In this document: piece by piece, positions 1 through 10,485 of the stretch | Layout of the letters: the number at the start of each line of letters is the position of its first letter | How positions within the stretch are numbered: position 1 is the stretch's first letter | DNA from: Nitrospinaceae bacterium | Lineage (GTDB): Bacteria > Nitrospinota > Nitrospinia > Nitrospinales > Nitrospinaceae | Reading direction: 5' to 3' | Assembly: GCA_965223665.1 (NCBI GenBank) | Contig: OZ245011.1 | Location: 3,040,001 to 3,104,000, forward strand | Length of the DNA: 64,000 bases | The notes under the pieces: model-generated | What the model was told of the DNA's origin: nothing | Databases searched by the model: none | The model's input: only the letters and a program-made list of their open reading frames with translations | Made by a program: the position numbers and the translations under genes

Positions 1-2
1 GT

Positions 3-3000
3 GGTGGAACGGATGGCGAAGCGGTAGCGGCCATGAAAGAGTTTACTGTACTCAGTAAAAGCGGCAAGAAAATTGTTTATGACGAGGCGGAACTGGAAAT
101 TGAAAAGACTTCTTTGGAAAACGATACCAACATTTCCATCACGCCATTGAAGCAAGACGATTTGCCGAAGTTGGATCCCGGCATGGTGAACGTGACTAAA
201 GGACCGCGCAAAGGATATCGCTTTTTGCCGCACGGACAGCGTTTCAAAAACAAAATCAAAGTTAAACTGCCTTATGATCTGGCAAAAATCCCGGCTGGCA
301 AAACCGCAGCGGACATTCGAACTTACTTTTTTGATGATGAAGCGGGTCAGTGGAAAAAACTGGAAAGAGTTCAAGTCGACGCCAACAGTCAAAAAGTGAT
401 CAGTAACACTAACCACTTTACGGACATGATCAACGCGGTGGTGACGGTCCCAGATTCGCCTCAAACTGCTTCGTTTAATCCGACGCAGTTGAAGGACATC
501 AAAGCAGCCGATCCCGGAGCGAAGATCAATCTCATTGAAGCGCCGCAGGCCAATAACATGGGCGATGCGCGAGTGAGTTACCCAATTGAAATTCCACCGG
601 GACGTAACGGCATGCATCCGCAGTTAGCGGTGCAATATAACTCCTCCGGCGGTAACGGTTGGATGGGTGTTGGTTGGGATCTTCCAATGCAAACGGTTTC
701 CATCGATACGCGATGGGGTGTTCCGCGTTACAGTTCCACCGAAGAAACCGAAACGTATTTGTTGAACGGAGAACAGCTCACTCCTGTGGCGCATCGTGAT
801 ACGCTGCAGCCTCGCACGGCGGACAAAATTTTTCATACACGTATCGAAGGACAATTCCGAAAAATCATTCGCCATGGTGACCTGCCCGACAATTATTGGT
901 GGGAAGTGATTGATAAAAACGGAACGCGGTTTTTCTATGGCGGTGGTCCGGATACCAATGGCGGCTCCGGTGGACCGACGACCAACTCCACTTTAGTGGA
1001 CGCCAGTGGCAACATCGGGAAATGGTCTCTTAGAGAAGTTCGCGATACCAACGGCAACTTCACGAAGTACACCTGCGTGCGTGAATCCGACAGTGGGTTG
1101 GGCGATGGCACCGGTGGCGTGCAGGGCTCGCAGCTGTATTTACAGACTATCACTTACAGTGGCCATGGAGCTACGGAAGGATTGTATAAAGTCGAGTTTA
1201 CCCGTGAAAGCGAACTCACCAATCCGGTACGTCGACCGGATGCGATGATCGATGCACGGCTCGGATTTAAAATGGTGACGGCCGATCTGTTAAGAATCAT
1301 TGAAGTGTCCTTCAACAATCAACCAGTGCGCAGTTATCGGTTCGATTACATCGAAGGCGCGTTCCGCAAAACGTTGTTGGAAAAAGTTTCGCAGTTTGAC
1401 GAAAACGCCAACCCGTTCGATACTGCGGCCATTCCCTTTAATTTTCATAACTTCGAGTACTTTGACGAAGCGCGGGAAGCCAACGATATCTACCGCGGGT
1501 TTGCAAGACCTTCCTATGGACAAGTGGAATTTTGGAATACCGGGAACGATAACGTAAAAGCCGACGGATTACTTGGTGATTTAGATGCGAGCGCTATCAG
1601 CGGAAATGAAGGTTCCGGTTTTGGTGGACACCTGTATATTGGAATCGGTACGGATCCCACAAAATACAATACTGTGGGCGGTAAGGTTGGTTTTAACTCA
1701 AGTGAAACTGAAGGGCTTCTGGCATTAATCGATATAAATGGCGATTCTCTTCCGGATAAAGTTTTCCGCGAGGGAAACACGGTATATTACCGCGCCAATC
1801 AATCCGGTCCCTTTGGGGGAACGGTGTTCGGAGATAAAAAAGTTGTCGCCAATTTATCGGACATTTTAGTTGAGCGCAATAATATGTTCTCATTTGGTGT
1901 GGAGTCGTACTGGGTTGGGTTCCTCGGATTTAATCTTAGCAACACCTTTGTAGAATCCCCCATTTATTTTACCGATGTTAATGGGGATAGTCTGCCAGAC
2001 TTAGTGAGAAATGGTGGAGTTTTGTTTAACCAGTTTATGGGTGTGGGTGATCCGGTATTCACTCCGAATAGTTCCGATACGGTTTATCCCATCGGTCCGG
2101 GTGTGGTTAATACCAATAATTTGTTGGAAAGTTTTCAAGCGCTATTTGAACAGCAAATCGATAACTTCCCTCTCATTGATACCTTAAGGAAATGGGTGGC
2201 ACCGTTTGACGGGCAAATTCAAATTACCGGAAATGTAGCGCTCATTGAGGACACCAGTCCGGAGCGCGCCGATTACACTACCGCTGATGGAGTAAGAGTT
2301 GCAATTCAACACAATGCCAGTGAATTGTGGACCGCCACCATTGTAGAAAACGACTACACGGCTAAAACTCCAACCGGGGTCGGTGCCATCAATGTGGTCA
2401 AAGGCGATATCATTTATTTTCGTGTTCAGTCTGAATTCGATGGTGCGTATGATCAGGTCAATTGGGATCCAACCATTCAATACCTGGGAGTGGTCTCCAC
2501 TCTTGATCCCAACAATTTAGATGCCTATGTCTATCAGGCCAGCGCGGACTTTGTGCTGCACGATTCTCGCGGTGGTGAAATGGGAATGCCACTGAACGGT
2601 ATGGTTCAAGTGGAAGGGACGCTGGAAAAAAATGGCGTAACTTCCGATGATATCACTGTTGAGTTGCTAAAGAATGGTTCAGTTATTTTTACACAAACGT
2701 TGAACTGGGATGTGCCCGGTTCCGCTGTGATAAACCAATCGGTTTCGGTCATAAAAAACGAGTTTGATAATACAGGGACCCAAACTCAAGTTGGGGATAC
2801 ATTATCCATTCGTGTTCTGGTGGACTCACCTATAGATTTGACCCAAATCAACTGGTTGTCGACGAATCCCATCCGTGCTTATTACACTTCTTCACCAGAT
2901 ATTCCCAATGTGAATGATCAAAACGGAAATCCACTGGTGAATATAAATTTATTTCCTGACACTGACCTGTATCCTGAAAATGATCTTACCGCACCGTTGG

Positions 3001-6000
3001 TTCCGTGGGTAGCTCCCTTACCTATGACCCAAACCTACACCGTCACACCGGCATTAGCGGCAGGTGGCGGCAGCAGCGTTCAGGATGTGGTGGTGACCGT
3101 TAAACGCAATGGCGACCGAGTGGCGAAGCATTTGTATTCGGATGGACCGTTTACCATCGATGCTACGCAAAACGACGAATTGTTTTTTGAGTTCACCACA
3201 CGTGATCCCGATTTATTCGGGAATCTCACGCAAATGGCGATAACAGTGACCTATGATCAAGGTGGTGTTCCACAAATGGTGCAAGTGCCAACGGCCTTTA
3301 ATTATCCGGAACAGCCAACCATCCTGACGCAACGATATCGAGGGTGGACCGCTTTCGGCTATAACGGTAATCGAGACCGTGCCACTCAACCGATCAATAT
3401 TACCCAAGAAGATCTTACTCTAAGTAATTTGGCCTCTCTGGATATTGATGCCTTGAATCAGGCGCTGCAGGATGCGGTCAATAACCAGAACCCGGATTTA
3501 AGTCTTGGTGACGATTTCAAAATGAACTTAGTTCCTTTCTTTCCTGCTTTTGCGAACCAACGATGGGAAGGTAACGATCCTAACTTATGGGCGGATGGAA
3601 CGACATTAAGTAGCTCCCGTAATGGTCCGGATTATATTTCAGTGCCTACTGCCGATTCTTTTGCGGGCGCTTCAGCGGTGCCTCGGCTCAGTCAGACCAA
3701 TCAAATTGGGTTTGCTTTAGGAGTGGGTTTTGTATCTGGTTCATTGGGAACCTCCGTGTCCCGTTCTATTCTGGATTTTAAAGATCTTAATGGAGATCAG
3801 TTTCCCGATGTCATCGGAAGTGGGCTTACAGTTCAGTTCTCTCCAATGATAGGCGGACTGGAAGGTTCGCGAAATGGAGTGGGTCTCAGTGGAGATAACC
3901 AGGAAACGGAGGGGGAAAGTTTTGTTTTTGGTATTAGTGGTGGTTTTCCCAGTCAGTCAGGTAACAGCACAGCTAATGTGGATTCCAGAGCAGGTGCAGG
4001 AGGAAACAGCGGCAATACAACCTTACAGCTTCCTGCATTGGGTATTAGTATCAGTGGTTCCGTCTCCCAGGGAGAATCGGAAATTCAGTATGACCTACGT
4101 GACATCAACGGCGATGGTCTGCCGGACAAAATTATTTTGGGTGGAACCATCTCGGTTCAATTCAATTTGGGTTATACCTTTTCTGCTCCGGAATCTTGGG
4201 ATGTGGCCAAAATTAATTTTGGTGAAAGTGACGGTACCACTCTGGGCCTAGGCTACAACGATGGAGTTTATGGTTGGGGAGCCGGTGTCAGCGGTAGTGA
4301 GTCGGAGTCCATCTCCTTCGATTCCTTACAGGACATCAATGGCGATGGTCTGTTGGATCGTGTCTCGGTGGATTCAAAAGATGCCAGCGTTATTCACGTT
4401 GGGTTTAATACCGGAAATAGTTTCACAATAAATTATCAGTTGGAAAGTGGTTTGGCCAAAGGAATGGCAAATACCATTTCAGAAACTGAAGGCGGAGGCG
4501 TTTACTTTACCTATCCTTATTTACTCTTTCCATTGCCTCCTATCTTCTTAGTCATCAACCCCGGAGTTGATTTCAGCGCGACGATGGGCCGTGTCGAAAC
4601 CAGTATTATCGACGTAGATGGAGACGGGTATCCGGACCACTTGTTCACGGACCAGGATCATGAAATGCAAGTGGCCCGTAATCTGCACAACCGTACCAAT
4701 ATCCTCAAACATATCAGCCGGCCTCTCGGTGGAACTGTCGATATTGAATACGTTCGTAGCGGTAATACCTATGACCAGCCGCAAAGCCGTTGGGTGATGA
4801 GCCGTGTCAAAGTATTCGACGGTTTCGTCGGAGACGGGGTTGATACCCAGGTGATGACTTACGAATACGAGGACGGATTTTTCCATCGTCAGGAACGTGA
4901 ATTCTATGGTTACCGAACGGTTATCGAAAACGATTGTGATAGCACCAACGATCCGGATGTGACCTGTGACAGCAATAACAGCGGCGGCAACCTCTATAGA
5001 ACCGTAACCCGTAAGTTCATCAACGACCTGTATTACAGCAAGGGCCTGATGGAAGAGGAAGTGATTGCTGATGCTTCCGGCAACCTGTTCATTGAAACGA
5101 TCAATGAATACCTGTTGCGCGATATCAATACCGGCAACGCACTGGTGGTCACTAACGATCCGAACGATGTGAATCAATTGACGGCCACGGTGTTCCCGGA
5201 GTTGTCCCGCGTCGATAAGTTTTTCTACGAAGGCCAGGCAACCGCGCAAAAAACCACGCACATGACGTATCAGTACGATACGCTCGGTAATGTCATCCGT
5301 TTCTTTGATGCCGGCGATACCGGAGCGCAGGATGATGTTGAAGCGATCATCGGTTACTTCAGCGATTTACCGAACTACATCGTCGGTAAGGCAGACAGCA
5401 TTCTGGTTAACGGCAATACGGTCGAGTTCCGTCGACGTGAAGCGGATATCCAACCGGGCACCGGCAACCTGCTGCAGGTGCGCCAATACCTGGCGAACGG
5501 TACACCAGCGGTGACCGATCTCACTTACGATGCGTTCGGGAATATCGCCAGCGTCACCGGTCCGCTCAATCTCAATGGCCAGCGTTATCAAATCGATTAC
5601 CTGTACGACAGCACGGTGAATACCTATGTGACCAGTATCACCGACAGTTTTGGTTACAACTCAACTGCCACATACAACTTGCTGTACGGCCTGGTGGAAA
5701 ATACCACCGATATCAACGCCAATGCGATTGATCGTACTTACGATGCCGTGGGCCGTGTCGATTCCATCACCGGTCCGTTCCAAACCGGCACCGGCAATAC
5801 CACGATTAATTTCGAGTACCATCCGAAGGTGACGGATACTGATCCGTTGTCCTGGGCGTTAACGCAGCATATCGATGTGTTCCGTAACGTCAACGATCCG
5901 ATTGAAACAGTGCTGTTCACCGACGGTCTGAAGCGTGTGCTGCAAACCAAGAAAGATTTGGCGCTGCACGTGGCCGAAGGTTCACCGACTCAGGATGTCA

Positions 6001-8714
6001 TGACCGTATCCGGTCGTGTGATTTTCGATTTCGTCGGCCGTACCATCAACCAGTACTATCCGGTGACCGAGAGCCTCGGTAACCAGGGTGCGTTCAACGT
6101 CAACTTCGATACGGTACAACCGACAGTGATGACGTATGACATCCTGGATCGTAATTTGCAAACCACCATTCCGGACAACACCAGTACGGTTATGGCATAC
6201 GATTTCGGTAACGACCGCAGTGGCACTCCACAGTTCCGTACCACGGTGACCGATGCCAACGGCATTATCAAGCAGACCTTCCGCGATGTGCGTAACTTGA
6301 TCACTTCGGTGAAAGAGTTTAACAATGCAGGCAGTCAGATTCTGTGGACCAGTTACGCTTACGATCCGTTAAAACAGATCACACAGGTGGTGGATGATCT
6401 CAACAACACCACCAACGTGGAGTACGACAACTTTGGTCGGCGTACGGTGATTAATAACCCGGATACCGGCCGCACTGAAACTCAGTACGACCTGGCGTCC
6501 AACGTCACGGCACGCATCACCGCGAACCTGCAGGCAGTTAGCCAGCAGATCAGCTATAACTACGACTTTAATCGCCTGTCGACTATCACCTACCCGCAGT
6601 TCACAGAAAACAATGTGGCGTATACCTACGGTGCACCGGGCGCACCGGATAACCGCGCCAATCGTATCGTGACAGTGAGTGATGAATCGGGCAGTGACGA
6701 ACGGTTCTACGATGTATTGGGCAACGTGGTGAAATCGATTCGGTCGATTGATTCCGATACCCAGGGAACCGGCGGACCGCCGGAGGTGTACACTACCGAG
6801 TTTGTGTACGATACCTGGAACCGTCTGCATGAGTTGACTTACCCGGATACGGAAGTGCTGACCTATCACTACGACTCCGGCGGGTTGGTCCACGATGCTT
6901 CCGGTGTGAAAGGTGCCTTTCCTTACGCTTACTTCAATAAACTGGAGTACGACAAGTTTGAGCAGCGCAAGTTCGTCGAGTACGGCAACGGTGTGAAAAC
7001 CACGTACGCTTACGATCCTTTGGATCGAAGGTTGTTCACGTTGAAGTCGGTGAAACCGGATACCAGCTTCTTCCAGGATCTGCTGTACACCTATGACGAT
7101 GTCGGGAATATTCTTCAACTGAAAAACCTGGCAGCAGTGAACCATCCGAATCAAATTGGTGGCGCAACGACGCAGAACTACCAGTACGACGATCTGTATC
7201 GGTTGACTCATGCCGACGGGGAATGGACTCCGGGTACCGGCAAGAAACAGTTGTACGACCTGGATATGGGTTACAACACGATTCACAATATCCAGTTCAA
7301 AGACCAGATGCATACGGAGCTGAAGTCGTCCGGTCAACCGGTGGTGCAGCAGAAGACGACGTATAATTTTGTGTACGGTTATACCGGACCGCATCCGCAT
7401 GCACCGACGGCGATTGGTGACAGAACGTTCACATACGATGCCAACGGTAACCAGACCGCCTGGACGCATAACAGCAATGGAACCCAGCGGACGATCACCT
7501 GGGACGAAGAAAACCGGATTCAGGGGATCTCTGATAACGGGGATCTGAGTACGTATAAGTACGATGATACGGGTCAACGTGTGATCAAAAGCACGTCTCA
7601 AGGTGAGACGGTGTATGTGAACCGTTGGGTGACGGCACGTAACCGTGATGTGGGCACGAAACATGTGTTCGCGGGACAGACGCGTGTGGTTTCCAAGTTG
7701 GCCAAACAGGAAAGAAACGGTCAGATCATCGAGGAGAAGGATCTGTTCTATTACCATCCGGATCATTTGGGCAGTAACGGTTATGTGACAGATGAAGCAG
7801 GTGCCATTTATCAGCATCACGAGTTCTTCCCGTTCGGGGAAACATGGATTGAAGAAACCGGCAACACTCAACCTTCACCGTACCTCTTCACCGGAAAGGA
7901 ACTGGATGAAGAGACGAAATTGTATTACTATGGAGCCAGGTACTTTGATCCCAGAACTTCTGTATGGCAAAGCCCTGATCCGATTTTGGGAGAATTAATT
8001 GCATTTAAATCAAGGCATGAAAGCCTTCCAAGAAAGCTATCCTTGTATAGTTATGGGTTGCAAAACCCGCTTGTTTTCACTGATCCAGATGGAAGGGATG
8101 CATTAATTGTTGTTTTTACACAATATAAAGTGGAAGTTCCTGGATTAGGAAAGATAGGGGGATTGGGGCATGCTGGTGTTGTTTTGATTGATAATAAATC
8201 TGGTTTTACCAAGTATTATGAATATGGAAGATATGATAGAGCAAATCGTGGGGTTGTGAGAAATATAAAAGTTCCAAATGTACAAATGGATGAAAACGGG
8301 AAACCGACTTCTGCATCCATGAAAAAATTATTAAGGACTTTATCGAAAAAAGCAGGTCACAACAGTAAAATAGAAGGGGCTTATATTAAAAACGATAACT
8401 TTAAGCAAATGTTTGATTATGCGAAAGGTAGAAAAGAGCAAAATAATGATCCTGACAGGGAGCCTTATGACAATACATCAAATAATTGTCTTACTTTCTG
8501 TTTGGATACTTCGAAGGCCGGAGGAGCAGAAGTACCTGATGATTTAGTGGATTGGCCAAATCAAGATATTGGAGACATCCAAGATGATCATCCTTCGGTG
8601 CGATTTGATCCGGAAAATGATGAAATTGGTGGTATGCTATATGATAAACCCTCTGGTATTGGAGAGAATATTGAACACCAATATAATCAATTTAAAAAAT
8701 GGTTAGATGAATAA
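3..8714 (+). CDS. Giant fused SpvB/TcB-like + FG-GAP + YD-repeat + Rhs-core polymorphic toxin with TseH-like C-terminal domain (5'-partial)
   Basis: Frame is open from base 3 (GGTDGEAVAA precedes the ATG at 33), so the gene probably starts left of the window. SpvB-type motif YPIEIPPGRNGMHPQLAVQYNSSGGNGWMGVGW; several DxNGDxLPD repeats; REFYGY (TcB mid domain); YD repeats; Rhs core YYHPDHLGS...PYLFTGKELDEETKLYYYGARYFDP...DPDGR. Confidence 0.93.
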   Translation, partial: GGTDGEAVAAMKEFTVLSKSGKKIVYDEAELEIEKTSLENDTNISITPLKQDDLPKLDPGMVNVTKGPRKGYRFLPHGQRFKNKIKVKLPYDLAKIPAGKTAADIRTYFFDDEAGQWKKLERVQVDANSQKVISNTNHFTDMINAVVTVPDSPQTASFNPTQLKDIKAADPGAKINLIEAPQANNMGDARVSYPIEIPPGRNGMHPQLAVQYNSSGGNGWMGVGWDLPMQTVSIDTRWGVPRYSSTEETETYLLNGEQLTPVAHRDTLQPRTADKIFHTRIEGQFRKIIRHGDLPDNYWWEVIDKNGTRFFYGGGPDTNGGSGGPTTNSTLVDASGNIGKWSLREVRDTNGNFTKYTCVRESDSGLGDGTGGVQGSQLYLQTITYSGHGATEGLYKVEFTRESELTNPVRRPDAMIDARLGFKMVTADLLRIIEVSFNNQPVRSYRFDYIEGAFRKTLLEKVSQFDENANPFDTAAIPFNFHNFEYFDEAREANDIYRGFARPSYGQVEFWNTGNDNVKADGLLGDLDASAISGNEGSGFGGHLYIGIGTDPTKYNTVGGKVGFNSSETEGLLALIDINGDSLPDKVFREGNTVYYRANQSGPFGGTVFGDKKVVANLSDILVERNNMFSFGVESYWVGFLGFNLSNTFVESPIYFTDVNGDSLPDLVRNGGVLFNQFMGVGDPVFTPNSSDTVYPIGPGVVNTNNLLESFQALFEQQIDNFPLIDTLRKWVAPFDGQIQITGNVALIEDTSPERADYTTADGVRVAIQHNASELWTATIVENDYTAKTPTGVGAINVVKGDIIYFRVQSEFDGAYDQVNWDPTIQYLGVVSTLDPNNLDAYVYQASADFVLHDSRGGEMGMPLNGMVQVEGTLEKNGVTSDDITVELLKNGSVIFTQTLNWDVPGSAVINQSVSVIKNEFDNTGTQTQVGDTLSIRVLVDSPIDLTQINWLSTNPIRAYYTSSPDIPNVNDQNGNPLVNINLFPDTDLYPENDLTAPLVPWVAPLPMTQTYTVTPALAAGGGSSVQDVVVTVKRNGDRVAKHLYSDGPFTIDATQNDELFFEFTTRDPDLFGNLTQMAITVTYDQGGVPQMVQVPTAFNYPEQPTILTQRYRGWTAFGYNGNRDRATQPINITQEDLTLSNLASLDIDALNQALQDAVNNQNPDLSLGDDFKMNLVPFFPAFANQRWEGNDPNLWADGTTLSSSRNGPDYISVPTADSFAGASAVPRLSQTNQIGFALGVGFVSGSLGTSVSRSILDFKDLNGDQFPDVIGSGLTVQFSPMIGGLEGSRNGVGLSGDNQETEGESFVFGISGGFPSQSGNSTANVDSRAGAGGNSGNTTLQLPALGISISGSVSQGESEIQYDLRDINGDGLPDKIILGGTISVQFNLGYTFSAPESWDVAKINFGESDGTTLGLGYNDGVYGWGAGVSGSESESISFDSLQDINGDGLLDRVSVDSKDASVIHVGFNTGNSFTINYQLESGLAKGMANTISETEGGGVYFTYPYLLFPLPPIFLVINPGVDFSATMGRVETSIIDVDGDGYPDHLFTDQDHEMQVARNLHNRTNILKHISRPLGGTVDIEYVRSGNTYDQPQSRWVMSRVKVFDGFVGDGVDTQVMTYEYEDGFFHRQEREFYGYRTVIENDCDSTNDPDVTCDSNNSGGNLYRTVTRKFINDLYYSKGLMEEEVIADASGNLFIETINEYLLRDINTGNALVVTNDPNDVNQLTATVFPELSRVDKFFYEGQATAQKTTHMTYQYDTLGNVIRFFDAGDTGAQDDVEAIIGYFSDLPNYIVGKADSILVNGNTVEFRRREADIQPGTGNLLQVRQYLANGTPAVTDLTYDAFGNIASVTGPLNLNGQRYQIDYLYDSTVNTYVTSITDSFGYNSTATYNLLYGLVENTTDINANAIDRTYDAVGRVDSITGPFQTGTGNTTINFEYHPKVTDTDPLSWALTQHIDVFRNVNDPIETVLFTDGLKRVLQTKKDLALHVAEGSPTQDVMTVSGRVIFDFVGRTINQYYPVTESLGNQGAFNVNFDTVQPTVMTYDILDRNLQTTIPDNTSTVMAYDFGNDRSGTPQFRTTVTDANGIIKQTFRDVRNLITSVKEFNNAGSQILWTSYAYDPLKQITQVVDDLNNTTNVEYDNFGRRTVINNPDTGRTETQYDLASNVTARITANLQAVSQQISYNYDFNRLSTITYPQFTENNVAYTYGAPGAPDNRANRIVTVSDESGSDERFYDVLGNVVKSIRSIDSDTQGTGGPPEVYTTEFVYDTWNRLHELTYPDTEVLTYHYDSGGLVHDASGVKGAFPYAYFNKLEYDKFEQRKFVEYGNGVKTTYAYDPLDRRLFTLKSVKPDTSFFQDLLYTYDDVGNILQLKNLAAVNHPNQIGGATTQNYQYDDLYRLTHADGEWTPGTGKKQLYDLDMGYNTIHNIQFKDQMHTELKSSGQPVVQQKTTYNFVYGYTGPHPHAPTAIGDRTFTYDANGNQTAWTHNSNGTQRTITWDEENRIQGISDNGDLSTYKYDDTGQRVIKSTSQGETVYVNRWVTARNRDVGTKHVFAGQTRVVSKLAKQERNGQIIEEKDLFYYHPDHLGSNGYVTDEAGAIYQHHEFFPFGETWIEETGNTQPSPYLFTGKELDEETKLYYYGARYFDPRTSVWQSPDPILGELIAFKSRHESLPRKLSLYSYGLQNPLVFTDPDGRDALIVVFTQYKVEVPGLGKIGGLGHAGVVLIDNKSGFTKYYEYGRYDRANRGVVRNIKVPNVQMDENGKPTSASMKKLLRTLSKKAGHNSKIEGAYIKNDNFKQMFDYAKGRKEQNNDPDREPYDNTSNNCLTFCLDTSKAGGAEVPDDLVDWPNQDIGDIQDDHPSVRFDPENDEIGGMLYDKPSGIGENIEHQYNQFKKWLDE

Positions 8715-8726
8715 GGCAAAAACTTA

Positions 8727-9281
8727 TTGAAGCTAAGTAATTTTGTAAAATATCTTATATTTTTCTTTATTATTGGTTGTGATGATTCCGGTTTTCTTGG
8801 CAGTTGGAATGTGAAAAATGATAATGGTTTTTTCATAGAACACGTAGAAATATCGGACGTTTCAATCGAATGCAAACAGGGAGAATATGGTAATAAAAAG
8901 ACCTACTTTGTTCCTTGTTTCCTAAAAGCAAAAATAATATATAGCCCTAAATATATATTCTTAAACAAAGTAGCCATATTATCAAAGTTAATTCCACTTG
9001 ATAAAATTTCGAAAGTAGAATATCAATCTTTAAATAATGACGAGTTGTTTCGACCCAAAGGGAATTCAGATCCTGATTATTTAGGACAAACTTACAGTGC
9101 TTATATTCAAAGTGTAATAAAACCTTTGTTTACCTTGGATATTTGGGGAAACACTGGCGACAGACAAAAAATTGAAGATATTGAAGTTAAATTTAAACTA
9201 TCCATTAGTGCTACGAAATGTGAAAAATTAATATTTGGAAATCACTCAAAAATCTTTTGTTTTGATTTTGGAGGTAAATAG
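8727..9281 (+). CDS. Putative lipoprotein immunity protein for the TseH-like toxin
   Basis: 12 nt downstream of the toxin stop, AT-rich, TTG start, signal peptide ending in lipobox-like FIIG-C. Confidence 0.7.
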   Translation: MKLSNFVKYLIFFFIIGCDDSGFLGSWNVKNDNGFFIEHVEISDVSIECKQGEYGNKKTYFVPCFLKAKIIYSPKYIFLNKVAILSKLIPLDKISKVEYQSLNNDELFRPKGNSDPDYLGQTYSAYIQSVIKPLFTLDIWGNTGDRQKIEDIEVKFKLSISATKCEKLIFGNHSKIFCFDFGGK

Positions 9282-9480
9282 ATTTTTTATCAGAACTGAT
9301 GAAATTTTATAACCTTAAATGTTAAGTTAAATTAGAATTAATAATTCGATAGCGTTATTCTTATTTCTTCTACGCGGAAAATACCCCTTCCTAAATTGCC
9401 ATCAAATATTAAACGACCACTAACATCGAAAAAGCTAAATTTTTATCTCATCTTAATAAGAATATTAAGATAGTTAACGG

Positions 9481-9736
9481 AGAGAAAGAGTTGTTCTTTT
9501 ATCATCCGGATCATTTGGGCAGTAACGGGTATGTGACGGATGTGGATGGAGCGATTTACCAGCACATTGAGTTCTTCCCGTTCGGGGAAACGTGGATTGA
9601 AGATACCGGCAACACTCAACCCTCACCGTACCTCTTCACCGGAAAGGAACTGGATGAAGAGACCAAGCTCTACTACTACGGCGCCCGCTATTACGATCCA
9701 CGAACAAGCGTGTGGCAGAGTGCGGACCCGATTTTA
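9481..9736 (+). repeat. Direct repeat of the Rhs core-coding DNA (about 7733-7987)
   Basis: Shared stretches such as catccggatcatttgggcagtaacgg and tcaccgtacctcttcaccggaaaggaactggatgaagagac. Confidence 0.92.
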
Positions 9737-10474
9737 AACCGGTATTTAGATGGATTGGGAAGTTTAGGTGGAGTTTATAATTCCAATAATTTAAATCTAT
9801 TTTCCTATGCTCATCAAAATCCATTGATTTTGTTCGATCCTGATGGATTGAGTACTGAGGTAGCTGAATCAGGTAATGGGATGTATAAAGTTACTGGAGG
9901 AAACCTTGCTGATGGAGATAAAGGAATATATGTGGTTAGCAAAAATAAGAAAACTGGAAAATTTGAAAGAACAGGTGAAAAACTAGGAGAATCGCTGACT
10001 ATGTATTCATTCTATAACGCTGACACTCAAGATGAGAAGGGACAACAAGGTTGGAAAGGTACTATTGACATAAATTCAAAAGAGTCTGGTAATTTGGTTT
10101 CGAACTTTAAGAAAAAAGTTAAAAGTGAAGCTGGGATCGGACTTTTTGAATATATGCTTAATGCCACCGATGGAAAAGAGTATGATTTTAAACGAGGTGG
10201 TGATCCAAACAGTAAGGACAGAAATTTTCACCATCGGGGATCTATATGGGAAACGAAAACTGACGGGACAAAAGTGTTTGGTACTGCAAGGGATGTCGGG
10301 AATTTTGCCGCAGGATATCTTGCAGCTTCAAAGGGCATTGGATATTCTTTTGCTAGAGGAGCTTTTGATCTCTTTGAGCAAAAGTTTATGCCTTGGAAAC
10401 CAGGAGAGGGCCCCCAGAGTACAAGGGCTCAGGAGTTAGGACATAAAGCTGGTACTTTAGATGCGGGAAAATGA
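9491..10474 (+). CDS. Orphan Rhs core + alternative C-terminal toxin (Ntox44-like motifs)
   Basis: Begins with FFYHPDHLGS...GARYYDP...DPDGL, homologous to the main gene core; the unrelated C-terminus has YDFK and DVGNFAAGY motifs. TTG start preceded by GGAG. Confidence 0.85.
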   Translation: MFFYHPDHLGSNGYVTDVDGAIYQHIEFFPFGETWIEDTGNTQPSPYLFTGKELDEETKLYYYGARYYDPRTSVWQSADPILNRYLDGLGSLGGVYNSNNLNLFSYAHQNPLILFDPDGLSTEVAESGNGMYKVTGGNLADGDKGIYVVSKNKKTGKFERTGEKLGESLTMYSFYNADTQDEKGQQGWKGTIDINSKESGNLVSNFKKKVKSEAGIGLFEYMLNATDGKEYDFKRGGDPNSKDRNFHHRGSIWETKTDGTKVFGTARDVGNFAAGYLAASKGIGYSFARGAFDLFEQKFMPWKPGEGPQSTRAQELGHKAGTLDAGK

Positions 10475-10485
10475 AAGTGAGCTAA

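Noticed and set aside
6369-7871. 500-aa antisense ORF (also 4548-5261 and 11025-11267)
   Set aside because: Shadow frames opposite the GC-rich, codon-biased rhs sequence; no recognisable protein features.
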